In this document: positions 28,507 to 37,738 of the stretch, one piece after another
Numbering within the stretch: position 1 is the first letter of the stretch
Layout of the letters: each line of letters starts with the position of its first letter
DNA from: Firmicutes bacterium CAG:321_26_22
Lineage (GTDB): Bacteria; Bacillota_I; Bacilli_A; RF39; UBA660
Length of the DNA: 64,000 bases
Direction: 5' to 3'
Assembly (NCBI GenBank): GCA_001916775.1
Contig: MNTB01000032.1
Location: 12,108 to 76,107 of the forward strand
Notes under the pieces: model-generated
The model's database searches: none
What the model was told of the DNA's origin: nothing
The model's input: only the letters and a program-made list of their open reading frames with translations
Position numbers and translations under genes: made by a program

Positions 28507-29277
28507 ATGACTATACATGAGTTAGATAGACTAACTAATATTATTATAAAAGATTTTATTAAGGAACTTTTTGGCTTGGATTATAATGATATTATTTTAC
28601 CAAAAAATGTTCCAATAATATTATCGTCAAAGAATATGTATGGTTCAGGGGCATTCTTATTACCACAAAGTAATGAATTATTACAAAATTCTTTTGAAGA
28701 AGGAATAATAGTATTAAATGGTAAATTTTATAATACTTTATTGGAAAATGTTACTGATAGTGATTATGATATTAATAATTTAATAGTTACTTTAATTCAT
28801 GAAAAAATTCATGCTAATAAAGTAGTGATGACTAATTATAGTGCATTTGGTTGTCAAGACAATCATAATTTAAATGATACTTCTTTACTTGAAGAGTATA
28901 ATCATCTTTTACAAAAACAAGATGTTTATATTGATCCTATTCAAGATAAAAAAATTTTTGATCAAATTTTTGAGGTGTTAGATGAGACTCTAGTAGAATT
29001 AATATCAATATTGGCATATAGAATGTTTAAGAATAAAAAAGCTAAAAGAAATGAAACTATTATGGATATGATTAAAATTATAAATCAAAGATGTGAAAAT
29101 GATGATGATATAAAAATAATAACTAATATTATGATAAGGCACAATGATTTAGACTTGTTAAAGTGGGCGATATATCCATTAGAATTTCAAGAATATGATA
29201 TGATGTATGATTATTTTAATCAATATGTAACCGCTAATGATATGATGGATGTAAAGAAAATGTATAAGAAAAGATGA
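28507..29277 (+). CDS. putative HExxH zinc-metallopeptidase-like protein
   Basis: LIHEKIHA (HExxH) sits in a helix-rich protein. ATG 28507 lies 8 nt after GGAGA and overlaps the paralog-2 stop. No other family signature. Confidence 0.4.
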   Translation: MTIHELDRLTNIIIKDFIKELFGLDYNDIILPKNVPIILSSKNMYGSGAFLLPQSNELLQNSFEEGIIVLNGKFYNTLLENVTDSDYDINNLIVTLIHEKIHANKVVMTNYSAFGCQDNHNLNDTSLLEEYNHLLQKQDVYIDPIQDKKIFDQIFEVLDETLVELISILAYRMFKNKKAKRNETIMDMIKIINQRCENDDDIKIITNIMIRHNDLDLLKWAIYPLEFQEYDMMYDYFNQYVTANDMMDVKKMYKKR

Positions 29278-29303
29278 TCATAAGGATCATCTTTTAATTT
29301 ATA

Positions 29304-29327
29304 TAAAAAGTCCTTTCTGTTAGGACT
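29304..29327 (-). terminator. rho-independent terminator downstream of tRNA-Cys
   Basis: On the minus strand AGTCCT-aacagaa-AGGACT is followed by TTTTTATAT. Confidence 0.55.
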
Positions 29328-29341
29328 ATGTAGTAAAATAT

Positions 29342-29415
29342 TGGAGGACGTAGTCGGATTTGAACCAACGCTCAGGGAGTTGCAGTCCCGTGCCTTACCA
29401 CTTGGCTATACGTCC
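29342..29415 (-). tRNA. tRNA-Cys (anticodon GCA)
   Basis: Reverse complement GGACGTATAGCCAAGTGGTAAGGCACGGGACTGCAACTCCCTGAGCGTTGGTTCAAATCCGACTACGTCCTCCA aligns with Firmicutes tRNA-Cys. CCA is encoded. Confidence 0.85.
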
Positions 29416-29552
29416 AAAGAACATACTAATTATATCAAAAAATATATTGCTTTTCAATATATTTTATGAAAAAAAATAAAAAAGTTACAAAAATAGATGA
29501 AAAATATTCAAAGTTATAGTATAATAAATGTGCTTTGAAAGGGGAAGTATAT

Positions 29553-30272
29553 ATGGAAAGAATTCAAAAAAGAATTGCAACATCAGGATATTGTTCAAGA
29601 AGAAAGGCTGAAGAACTAATTTTAAAAGGTTTAGTCGAAGTTAATGGAGAGGTAGTAACTAAATTAGGAACTACTGTTAAATCTGGTGATATCATTGTTG
29701 TAGAAGGTAATATTTTAGATAATAGTAAAGCATATGAATATTATTTATTAAATAAACCTAAAGGTGTTGTTACTACTACTAGTGATGAGAAGAGTAGAAA
29801 TACAGTTATAGATTTAATTGAAACAAATGCTAGAATATATCCGGTTGGAAGACTAGATTATGATACTACTGGGGCTTTAATATTAACTAATGATGGAAAC
29901 TTGGCTAACTTATTAATGAGACCAGACTCACAAGTAGATAAAACATACATTGCTAAAGTAAAAGGAATAGTTCAAATACCAGATATTCAAAAATTAAGAA
30001 ATGGTATTGTTATTGATGGAATTAAAACTAAAAAAGCAAGTGTTAGATTAAAGAGTGTTGACAAAAAGAAAGAAACATCAACATTGGTACTAACAATTCA
30101 TGAAGGAAAGAATCATCAAATTAAGAAGATGTTTGAAGCATTAGGGTATAAAGTTATGAAACTTAGAAGAGAAAAAATTGCTTTTCTAGATTTAAAAGGT
30201 TTAATGCCAGGAGAATATCGTAACCTAAGTATTAAAGAAGTTAAAATATTATATAGTTTATGTAAAAAATAG
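29553..30272 (+). CDS. rluB: 23S rRNA pseudouridine synthase (RsuA/RluB family)
   Basis: N-terminal S4 domain MERIQKRIATSGYCSRRKAEELI. Catalytic motif PVGRLDYDTTGALILTNDG. Confidence 0.85.
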   Translation: MERIQKRIATSGYCSRRKAEELILKGLVEVNGEVVTKLGTTVKSGDIIVVEGNILDNSKAYEYYLLNKPKGVVTTTSDEKSRNTVIDLIETNARIYPVGRLDYDTTGALILTNDGNLANLLMRPDSQVDKTYIAKVKGIVQIPDIQKLRNGIVIDGIKTKKASVRLKSVDKKKETSTLVLTIHEGKNHQIKKMFEALGYKVMKLRREKIAFLDLKGLMPGEYRNLSIKEVKILYSLCKK

Positions 30273-30289
30273 TTATAAGGGTGAAGGTT

Positions 30290-31819
30290 ATGAAGTTGAA
30301 AATAATAAGTAGTAAGAGAACTAGTATTAATACTATAGATGATACTATTAAAATATCGGTACCCGATTTATCTTTGTTAAAAAATAAAAATAATAAAGAA
30401 ATAATTGAATACTTATTTTATGAAGATGAGATTATTAAAAGTTTTTGTCCTTCAGATAAAATAAGAGATTATATGTTATATTGTATTTTTAATAATAAAA
30501 AAGTAGAGGAACTTGAAAAGATATTAATTGAAGAAAGATATCCTTTATTTTCAATATTAATGAATGCTACTAATCATTTTAAAAATAGTTATAATAGAAT
30601 GAAAAAGATTGATGGTACAATAGTTATAGAATGTCAAAAAGAGGATATTGAGTCTGCTATTTCTTTAGCTATTTCTTTAAATAATAAAGTAATTATATTA
30701 TGTAATGAATTATCATTAAAAGAGTATAGTAAAGTATTAGGTAAATATGATTTGAAAAAACTAAAGGAATACGATATAGAGGTTGGATATCAACAAGAAA
30801 ATACGCCAATTAATATATATAAGTTATATGAATTATCAACTTTAGTTAATTCATTAGCAGATAATATTAAAAAATATAATTTGTCTTCATTTGAGACAAT
30901 AATGTATGTATATGATATGGTAAAGTATAAAATATATAAAAAAGATGATAATGATTATCTTAATGGAAGAGATTTAGATAGACTTTTATTAGAAGAACAG
31001 GATGCTATTGTTTGTTCTGGTTATTCTAATTTAGCAGTGGCTATATTAAATTCTCTAGGAATAAAAGCTAAGCCTCTTATATCTTATAAAGAAAGGCATC
31101 AAAGAGTAATAGTAAATGTTAATGATACAAAATATAATAGAAGTGGTGTATATGTTTTTGATCCTACTGGAGATCGCAGACAGAATATGCAGGATACTAT
31201 ATATATAAAAAAGTATGATTACTTTGGAATACCACTTCAGAGAGCTAAAGAAAGTGCTTATGATGAAATATCAGAAGTCTTAGACTATAGTTTAGATGAT
31301 CTTATTAATATTTTGAATGATAAGAAAAATATTTATAAATCTTTTATATTACATGATAAATTAATTGATATAATTGGTTTTGTACAAGATACTTCTACAA
31401 AAGAAGATATTCTTAGTGTTGTATCTATACTTGTAGAGAATTATCCACTTATTATTGAAAGCTACTATCAAAAGGAACTTACTATTGAAGAGTTTACTAA
31501 AATGTTATATTCAGTAAGAAGAATTGAATATATTACTGGTATGATTAATAATATAGATTTTGATGAAATAAGAGAGACTATTAGTGATAGATTTACTAAG
31601 ATAGAATGTGATGAATTTAGAAAAAGAAAAATGTCAAAAGAAATGTATTTTTTGAAAACATTAGATACGAAAGTAAAGATGGAAAATTATTTAGATAATA
31701 ATATGTTTAATTTTATTAATGGAGCGACTTCGGAAACTAATGAAATTTATAGGGATGCGTTAAATTTAAAATTAATTAAAGTATTAAAATCAGGGGGAAT
31801 TAAAAATGAAAGAAAGTAG
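30290..31819 (+). CDS. transglutaminase-like (papain-fold Cys-His-Asp) domain protein
   Basis: AIVCSGYSNLAVAILNSLGIKAKP matches the TGc core CxxF/YAxxFxxLxRxxGIPAR. Downstream are RHQRVIVNV (His) and GVYVFDPTGD (Asp). ATG 30290 lies 8 nt after AAGGG. Confidence 0.5.
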   Translation: MKLKIISSKRTSINTIDDTIKISVPDLSLLKNKNNKEIIEYLFYEDEIIKSFCPSDKIRDYMLYCIFNNKKVEELEKILIEERYPLFSILMNATNHFKNSYNRMKKIDGTIVIECQKEDIESAISLAISLNNKVIILCNELSLKEYSKVLGKYDLKKLKEYDIEVGYQQENTPINIYKLYELSTLVNSLADNIKKYNLSSFETIMYVYDMVKYKIYKKDDNDYLNGRDLDRLLLEEQDAIVCSGYSNLAVAILNSLGIKAKPLISYKERHQRVIVNVNDTKYNRSGVYVFDPTGDRRQNMQDTIYIKKYDYFGIPLQRAKESAYDEISEVLDYSLDDLINILNDKKNIYKSFILHDKLIDIIGFVQDTSTKEDILSVVSILVENYPLIIESYYQKELTIEEFTKMLYSVRRIEYITGMINNIDFDEIRETISDRFTKIECDEFRKRKMSKEMYFLKTLDTKVKMENYLDNNMFNFINGATSETNEIYRDALNLKLIKVLKSGGIKNERK

Positions 31820-33179
31820 TAATTTATTTGTAGGTGAATTACCTAAAAAAATATCAATGAAAGAAACTAGTGAATTATACATTAGAGCAAAAAATGGTGA
31901 TAAGACTGCTAGAGAAGAATTTATTAATGGTACAATTCCAAGAGTAGTAACTATTGTTAAAAGTGTTAAAGGGATTACTAAAGATGAAAGAGAAGAATTA
32001 ATAAATATATGTATGATTGAAGTTATTAAACTAATTGATACTTGTAATTATGATAGTAAAACTATATATTCTGGTATTACTATTTATTTGGATAGAGCAA
32101 TAAAAAGATATATGGATATGAAATTAAAGAGGGAAGAGACTTTTACTTATGGTTTAGAAAGTGATTATTTAAGTCAATTATTAGATCCAAAAGAAGAATA
32201 TGAAAAAAAGGAAATGTATGAAAAAATAAAGATGGCTATTAGTTGTTTGCCTGCTGATGGGAAAAATATATTAATGGAATATTATGTTAATGAGATAGGT
32301 GGAATGCTAATAGCGGAAAATTCTGGACTTAGTCCACAACATGTATTTTATGAAATTAAAAAATATTCGGATACTATTAGAGAATATTCTTTAAAGAGTA
32401 TGAAAGAATTAAAAGAAATGCAAGAAGTAATAAAACCTGAAATAAAAGAAAGTAAACATAAAACACATATAAGTGATAGTGTTGATGTTATTACTGATGA
32501 TTTATTTATTGATAATGAATTTGTTAATTTATCAGGTGTTCAAGAACAACAATTATTTAGATTATATAAAAAGGGTAATTTAAAAGCTAGAGATGAATTG
32601 ATATTAGGTAATGTTAAGAGAATTACATTATTTGTTAATAAAATACCTGGATTATCTCTTGAAGATAAAAAAGAACTTGTATCTTCTTGCTTATTAGAAG
32701 TAACTAGAGCTGTTAATAGCTATAGAGGTAAAACATTAGAAGGATTATACCGAATAATGACTAAAATGGTTATGAGAATGATAGAAATGCAAACAACTAA
32801 AACAGAAAGATATTATAATATGTTTGATGTAGTAGAGGAACCTTGGGAAGAAGTAAATGGTTATGTTGATCCTGTTTTATTTACGGAAGAAGATGAAGCT
32901 TCAAGATTGATTAGAGAAGAATTACAACAATATTTACTTGATGATATTAAGTTAAATCCTGAATTAGCAGAAATAATTAGTCAGAGATTATCTAATGGTG
33001 AAAAAATTAGAAAAATATTAGAGGATATTGTAAGTAAAGATTATACTACATTAAAAAGACTTATTTATATAAAAACTGAATTAGCAGAGTTTGCTAAGAA
33101 TTTATTAAAAGAAATTACAGGGAATTCTTATGATAATTTAAAAGTTCCTAAATCTTATAATAGAAGAAAAGTAAAATAA
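31806..33179 (+). CDS. sigma-70-like protein with two tandem region-2-like modules
   Basis: Module 1 region 2: AKNGDKTAREEFINGTIPRVVTIVKSVKGITKDEREELINICMIEVIKLIDTCNYD. Region-4-like HTH: LPADGKNILMEYYVNEIGGMLIAENSGLSPQHVFYEIKK. Module 2 region 2: YKKGNLKARDELILGNVKRITLFVNKIPGLSLEDKKELVSSCLLEVTRAVNSY. RBS AGGGGGA. The start overlaps the upstream gene. Confidence 0.45.
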   Translation: MKESSNLFVGELPKKISMKETSELYIRAKNGDKTAREEFINGTIPRVVTIVKSVKGITKDEREELINICMIEVIKLIDTCNYDSKTIYSGITIYLDRAIKRYMDMKLKREETFTYGLESDYLSQLLDPKEEYEKKEMYEKIKMAISCLPADGKNILMEYYVNEIGGMLIAENSGLSPQHVFYEIKKYSDTIREYSLKSMKELKEMQEVIKPEIKESKHKTHISDSVDVITDDLFIDNEFVNLSGVQEQQLFRLYKKGNLKARDELILGNVKRITLFVNKIPGLSLEDKKELVSSCLLEVTRAVNSYRGKTLEGLYRIMTKMVMRMIEMQTTKTERYYNMFDVVEEPWEEVNGYVDPVLFTEEDEASRLIREELQQYLLDDIKLNPELAEIISQRLSNGEKIRKILEDIVSKDYTTLKRLIYIKTELAEFAKNLLKEITGNSYDNLKVPKSYNRRKVK

Positions 33180-33192
33180 TAATAATAATAAG

Positions 33193-33218
33193 AGTTAGTT
33201 ATAATGACTAACTTTTTT
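33193..33218 (+). terminator. rho-independent terminator
   Basis: GTTAGT-tataatg-ACTAAC followed by TTTTTTTAAT. Confidence 0.6.
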
Positions 33219-33231
33219 TAATACCATAATT

Positions 33232-33290
33232 GCTTTTGTTGTTAGACTACAGGCTGACAACAACACTATAAGACCTAGGCTTAGAGTGAA
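33232..33290. repeat. paired-hairpin intergenic repeat, family 2 copy D1
   Basis: Hairpin 1 TTGTTGT-tagactacaggctg-ACAACAA. Hairpin 2 CACTATAAG-acctagg-CTTAGAGTG. Core aacaacactaTaagacctagGcttaGagtgaa is shared with 57936-57990. Confidence 0.55.
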
Positions 33291-33389
33291 AAAAGATAAG
33301 AAAAAATCATAAAAGTTATTGAAGTATATTTAAAAATATGGTAATATTATTATGGATAGTAAAAGAGTTATAATAGGAGTGTAGATACT

Positions 33390-36300
33390 ATGAAGAAGAG
33401 AGTAATTATTGTAGTTGGTATTATAATAGCTGCTATTGCAATAGCAGGTTTATATCAAACATTTGCATTAAGTAATAATATAACTGCTAATGGAGATATG
33501 TATACTGTAACAGTAGGAGATGGGTCAGTTGTTAGTGTTCCAGCTGGTTCTTCTAAGACGGTTTATTACAAGATAACTAATAAAAATAAAGGAGCAGTTA
33601 ATTATGGTGTTGGTTATACTGGAACGGGTCTTACAGTTAAGGTTTTTTCAGATTCTGATGCTGATGCTCAAGATAAAATAAACTATGGTGAAAGTAAATT
33701 TATTAAGTTATATGTTGAAAATAAATCTACTAATAGTGCTTCTACTACATTGTCCACTATTTTGGGTTATGAAAATGGTGGTGAACTTATAGTTCCTAGT
33801 GGTGTATCAATTGTTAGTGAAATACATTTAGGAACATTATCTCGTTATATTACTCATTTATATAATGATGCAAATAAAACTACTGTAACTAATAATAGTA
33901 TTAATTATAGTTATGCTACTGCTAATAAAATTATGAAAGATAATAATGATAACTTACGTTATTATGGAGCAAGTCCTAATAATTATGTATATTTTAATTG
34001 TGAAACTTATCCATCTACTAATTGTGAAAAATGGAGAATAGTTGGTGTCTTTGATGGTAAGACTAAACTTATTAGAAATGAATCGATTGGCTCATATTCT
34101 TGGGATACTTCTTCATCTACTGTTAATAGTGGTAATGGTAAAAATGATTGGACACAGGCTACTCTTATGAAATTACTTAATCCTGGATATGATGATGAGA
34201 GTGCTGGTGCTAGTTTATATTATAATGCTGAAGAAGGTAATTGTTATAATGCGGCAAATAATGGTACTGGAGCATGTAATTTTACTTCTAGTGGTATTAA
34301 AAATGATTCTACAAGAAATATAATAGCGGATACTACTTGGCCACTTGGGTCGGGAAATGCTGCTACTTATGCTAATCTTGTTTATGCTAAAGAAAGAGGC
34401 TCTAATGTCTTTAGTGGTAATTCTATTTCTTGGCAAGGCAAGGTAGCGGTTCCTTATGCTAGTGATTATGGTTATGCTGCTGATTTTAATAATTGTACTG
34501 GTGAACTTAATGCATATAATAATAGTACTTGTACGGCAAATAATTGGATGAAAGGTATATTTAATGGAGCTTTTGCTCATCTATTAACTACATATCCAGA
34601 TAATGGTTATGTTGCTTGGTCTGTAGAAGATAGTGGAGCTACTGCTTATTCTGCATATAATACGGCACAAGCTGAAGCTGTAGTACCTACACTTTATTTG
34701 ATTGCTCAAACTGAAGTTGCTGGTGGAGAAGGTACTAGTGCTAATCCTTATTATTTAAATGTTGGCAATAGTGATAGTTCTACATATACGGTTAGATATA
34801 ATGCTAATGGTGGTAAGAATGCTCCTACTAATCAAACTAAAACTAAAGATGTTAGTTTAACTTTAAATAGCGGTGTTCCAAGTAAAGATGGTTATACTTT
34901 TAAGGGTTGGGCTACTACTAGTAGTGCTACTACTGCTACATATCAACCTGGTGGTAGTTATACGACTAATAAGAGTATTACTCTTTATGCAGTATGGTCA
35001 CAAAATAAGGTAATAGTAAGATTTAATACTAATAGTGGTACTCTTGCTTCTTCAACAACTTATAATGGTACTACTTATACTTGGACGGCATCTGGTGGTA
35101 CGGTATCGAGAAAAGTAGGTAGTGGTACTGCTACTTCTGATTTCTTTACAATAAACTATGGTTCTCAAACAGGAAGCGATGGTCTTCCTGATCGAAGTGA
35201 TACTTCAACTTATTTGAAAATTACTAGAAGTGGATATACTACTATTGCTGATAGTGCTTGGGTATGTAAGAGTGGATGTACTACTAGTGGAAAGGTATTC
35301 GCTTCTGGTACTGTTTATAATGCTAGTGATTTCTGTAATGCTAGTAGTGCTAATTGTACTGTGGAACTTAATGCTAATTGGCAGAAGGTACATACTATAA
35401 CTTATAATGCTAATGGTGGTAGTGGGGCTCCTGCTAGTCAGTCTGTTATTAATGGAAGTAGTTTTACTGCTAGTAGTACTAAACCTATACGTACTGGTTA
35501 TACTTTCTTAGGTTGGGGTTCTTCATCTGGTGCTACTACTGTTAGTTATACACCTGGTACTACATATACACCAACCAGTGACTTAACTTTATATGCAATA
35601 TGGAAGATTAATAAAGTAAACTTTAAATTTAGTACTAATGGTGGTACTGTTCAAGTTACTAGTAGTAGTTCAGGTAATACTTACAAATGGAAACAAGATA
35701 GTAATGGTATTGTTTCAAGGACTGATCCTAATGGTAGTACTTATTCTGAGGTCTTCTATACATTAGATTATGGTGCTAATACTAATAGTTCAGGTTTTCC
35801 TAATTATAATAATTCAGGGTTCTTAAATATTACTTATTCTGGATATAGTGCTCCGGAAAATTATGAATGGAAATGTTTAAGTGGATGTTCTACTAATGGT
35901 AAATTATTTAATCAAGATTCTGTATATAAAGCAAGTGACCTCTGCGATGCTTCTAGTAGTGATTGTACTGTTGTTTTAGGTGTTAACTGGAAGCAAGTTC
36001 AAACTATAACATATGATGCTAATGGTGGTAGTGGGGCTCCTGCTAGTCAGACTAAATTAGATGGTAGTAGTATAACTTTAAGTAGTACTAAGCCTACGAG
36101 AAGTGGATATACTTTTGTTAATTGGAATACTAAAGCTGATGGAAGTGGTACTTCTTATAATGCTGGTACTGCTTATACTGCTATTGGTACTACTACTCTT
36201 TATGCACAATGGGAAGCAAGGGTTTATACTGTTACATTGAATACTCAGAGTGCTACTAGTAATGGTACTGCAAAGGTATATTATCAATATAATACGACTA

Positions 36301-37280
36301 AAACTGTTAATGGAACGGTATGTTACTATTATACTGATAGTAGTTTAACAAATTGTTTATCTAGTGGTTATGTTCTTACTAAACCTACGAAAACTGGTTA
36401 TACCTTTAATGGTTATTATACTAGTACAAGTGGTGGTGGAACACAATATGTAGATAAGGATGGTAGATTTATTCATAATCTATATACTACAATTGGTAAT
36501 AAAACTTTATATGCTTATTGGTCTCCAGCTGTATATACGATAACACTAAATAATCAGAGTGCTACTACAGCAGGAACTCCAACGGTATATTATCAATATA
36601 ATACGACTAAGACTATTAATGGAACAGTATGTTATTACTATACTAATAGTACTTTAACAAGTTGTTTATCTGGTGGATATAATATTACTAAACCTACTAA
36701 AACGGCTTATGTATTTGGTGGATATTATACTGGTACTAATGGTAGTGGAACTAACTATGTAAATAGTTCTGGTACTTTTATCAATAATGCATATCAAACA
36801 ACTGGTAATAAAACTCTTTATGCTAAATGGACTAAGAATACTACTGCTCCGGGACTAGATTATGATCCATCAGGAGCTTATAGGGTATGTTCTGGAACGA
36901 GATTAACACTTACTTGTACAGATAGGAGTGGATCTGGAAAAATAAGTGCTTGGATGCATGATAATGATACTATTTCAACAGGTACTGGTACTACTACTGC
37001 GAATGCTAGAGATAATCTTAATACTTTAAGAAGTGGTGGTATTACAACAGAATTTAAATGTACTGATGGTAATGGAAATGTTTCTACGGCTTCAACTAAA
37101 TATACTGTTGTTAGTTGTACTAGTAGTGGAGGCTCTGGTGGAGGAGCAATATCTACTGGTAAATGTAGCTGTAGTATTGCTAAAGATTGTATTGGTACTG
37201 GTAGATATGATACAAAATGTGTAAATGGTGCTTGTTATTGGGCTAATGAATCAGGTGGAGCATTGAGAGGTTGTTTCTAA
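33390..37280 (+). CDS. large cell-surface protein with multiple Listeria-Bacteroides (Flg_new) repeats and Cys-rich C-terminal tail
   Basis: 1296 aa. N-terminal signal/TM MKKRVIIVVGIIIAAIAIAG. A ~300-aa Cys-containing globular domain. At least five Flg_new units (YTFKGWATTSS...TLYAVW, TGYTFLGW...LYAIW, SGYTFVNW...LYAQWE and so on). C-terminal tail GKCSCSIAKDCIGTGRYDTKCVNGACYWANE. Confidence 0.7.
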   Translation: MKKRVIIVVGIIIAAIAIAGLYQTFALSNNITANGDMYTVTVGDGSVVSVPAGSSKTVYYKITNKNKGAVNYGVGYTGTGLTVKVFSDSDADAQDKINYGESKFIKLYVENKSTNSASTTLSTILGYENGGELIVPSGVSIVSEIHLGTLSRYITHLYNDANKTTVTNNSINYSYATANKIMKDNNDNLRYYGASPNNYVYFNCETYPSTNCEKWRIVGVFDGKTKLIRNESIGSYSWDTSSSTVNSGNGKNDWTQATLMKLLNPGYDDESAGASLYYNAEEGNCYNAANNGTGACNFTSSGIKNDSTRNIIADTTWPLGSGNAATYANLVYAKERGSNVFSGNSISWQGKVAVPYASDYGYAADFNNCTGELNAYNNSTCTANNWMKGIFNGAFAHLLTTYPDNGYVAWSVEDSGATAYSAYNTAQAEAVVPTLYLIAQTEVAGGEGTSANPYYLNVGNSDSSTYTVRYNANGGKNAPTNQTKTKDVSLTLNSGVPSKDGYTFKGWATTSSATTATYQPGGSYTTNKSITLYAVWSQNKVIVRFNTNSGTLASSTTYNGTTYTWTASGGTVSRKVGSGTATSDFFTINYGSQTGSDGLPDRSDTSTYLKITRSGYTTIADSAWVCKSGCTTSGKVFASGTVYNASDFCNASSANCTVELNANWQKVHTITYNANGGSGAPASQSVINGSSFTASSTKPIRTGYTFLGWGSSSGATTVSYTPGTTYTPTSDLTLYAIWKINKVNFKFSTNGGTVQVTSSSSGNTYKWKQDSNGIVSRTDPNGSTYSEVFYTLDYGANTNSSGFPNYNNSGFLNITYSGYSAPENYEWKCLSGCSTNGKLFNQDSVYKASDLCDASSSDCTVVLGVNWKQVQTITYDANGGSGAPASQTKLDGSSITLSSTKPTRSGYTFVNWNTKADGSGTSYNAGTAYTAIGTTTLYAQWEARVYTVTLNTQSATSNGTAKVYYQYNTTKTVNGTVCYYYTDSSLTNCLSSGYVLTKPTKTGYTFNGYYTSTSGGGTQYVDKDGRFIHNLYTTIGNKTLYAYWSPAVYTITLNNQSATTAGTPTVYYQYNTTKTINGTVCYYYTNSTLTSCLSGGYNITKPTKTAYVFGGYYTGTNGSGTNYVNSSGTFINNAYQTTGNKTLYAKWTKNTTAPGLDYDPSGAYRVCSGTRLTLTCTDRSGSGKISAWMHDNDTISTGTGTTTANARDNLNTLRSGGITTEFKCTDGNGNVSTASTKYTVVSCTSSGGSGGGAISTGKCSCSIAKDCIGTGRYDTKCVNGACYWANESGGALRGCF
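34783..36215. repeat. intragenic tandem repeat, period ~610 nt (2.3 copies)
   Basis: The exact 35-mer TATGCTAATGGTGGTAGTGGGGCTCCTGCTAGTCAG recurs near 35400 and 36010. Each unit encodes one Flg_new repeat plus a ~125-aa Cys-containing module (KVIVRFNTNSGT... / KVNFKFSTNGGT...). Confidence 0.7.
36216..36838. repeat. intragenic tandem repeat, period ~310 nt (2 copies)
   Basis: Units begin GTTTATACTGTTACATTGAATACTCAGAGTGCTACT (36219) and GTATATACGATAACACTAAATAATCAGAGTGCTACT (36529). They encode YTVTLNTQSATSNGTAKVYYQYNTTKTVNGTVCYYYT... and YTITLNNQSATTAGTPTVYYQYNTTKTINGTVCYYYT... Confidence 0.7.
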
Positions 37281-37281
37281 T

Positions 37282-37713
37282 ATGAAAAAGATAGATAAGA
37301 AAACAAAAATGGTTATGATGGTTATTATTGCTACTATTATAGCAATAGTAGTAGTACTTACTATTATTACTATAAAGGCTAGAAAACCTAAGGCTGCTAA
37401 TGAATTGGTAGGAAGATGGAATGCTATTCAGCAGGAGGTTAATAAAGGAGATGAGGCTGTCTCCTTGATACCTGCTACTGATGGTAAATATATTGTAATA
37501 TCTAATGATAGAATTAAGATTTGTTATCTAGATAATAAAAAAGATAGATGTAAAAAAGTTAAATATACATATAAAGATAATGTTATGGAGATAGCGGATA
37601 ATGATTTTTATTTAAGTGGTAAACAAGAGGTTTTATTAGATGGGGAATATATGGTATTAAAGTATGTAGCTAATGATACTGATTCATTTGAATTAATATT
37701 TAAAAAAGCATAA
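37282..37713 (+). CDS. small membrane-anchored protein, likely co-transcribed with the large surface protein gene
   Basis: 143 aa with an N-terminal TM helix. The ATG lies 2 nt after the stop of the large gene. Confidence 0.5.
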   Translation: MKKIDKKTKMVMMVIIATIIAIVVVLTIITIKARKPKAANELVGRWNAIQQEVNKGDEAVSLIPATDGKYIVISNDRIKICYLDNKKDRCKKVKYTYKDNVMEIADNDFYLSGKQEVLLDGEYMVLKYVANDTDSFELIFKKA

Positions 37714-37738
37714 AAGAAAGTATGGTCTATACTTTCTT

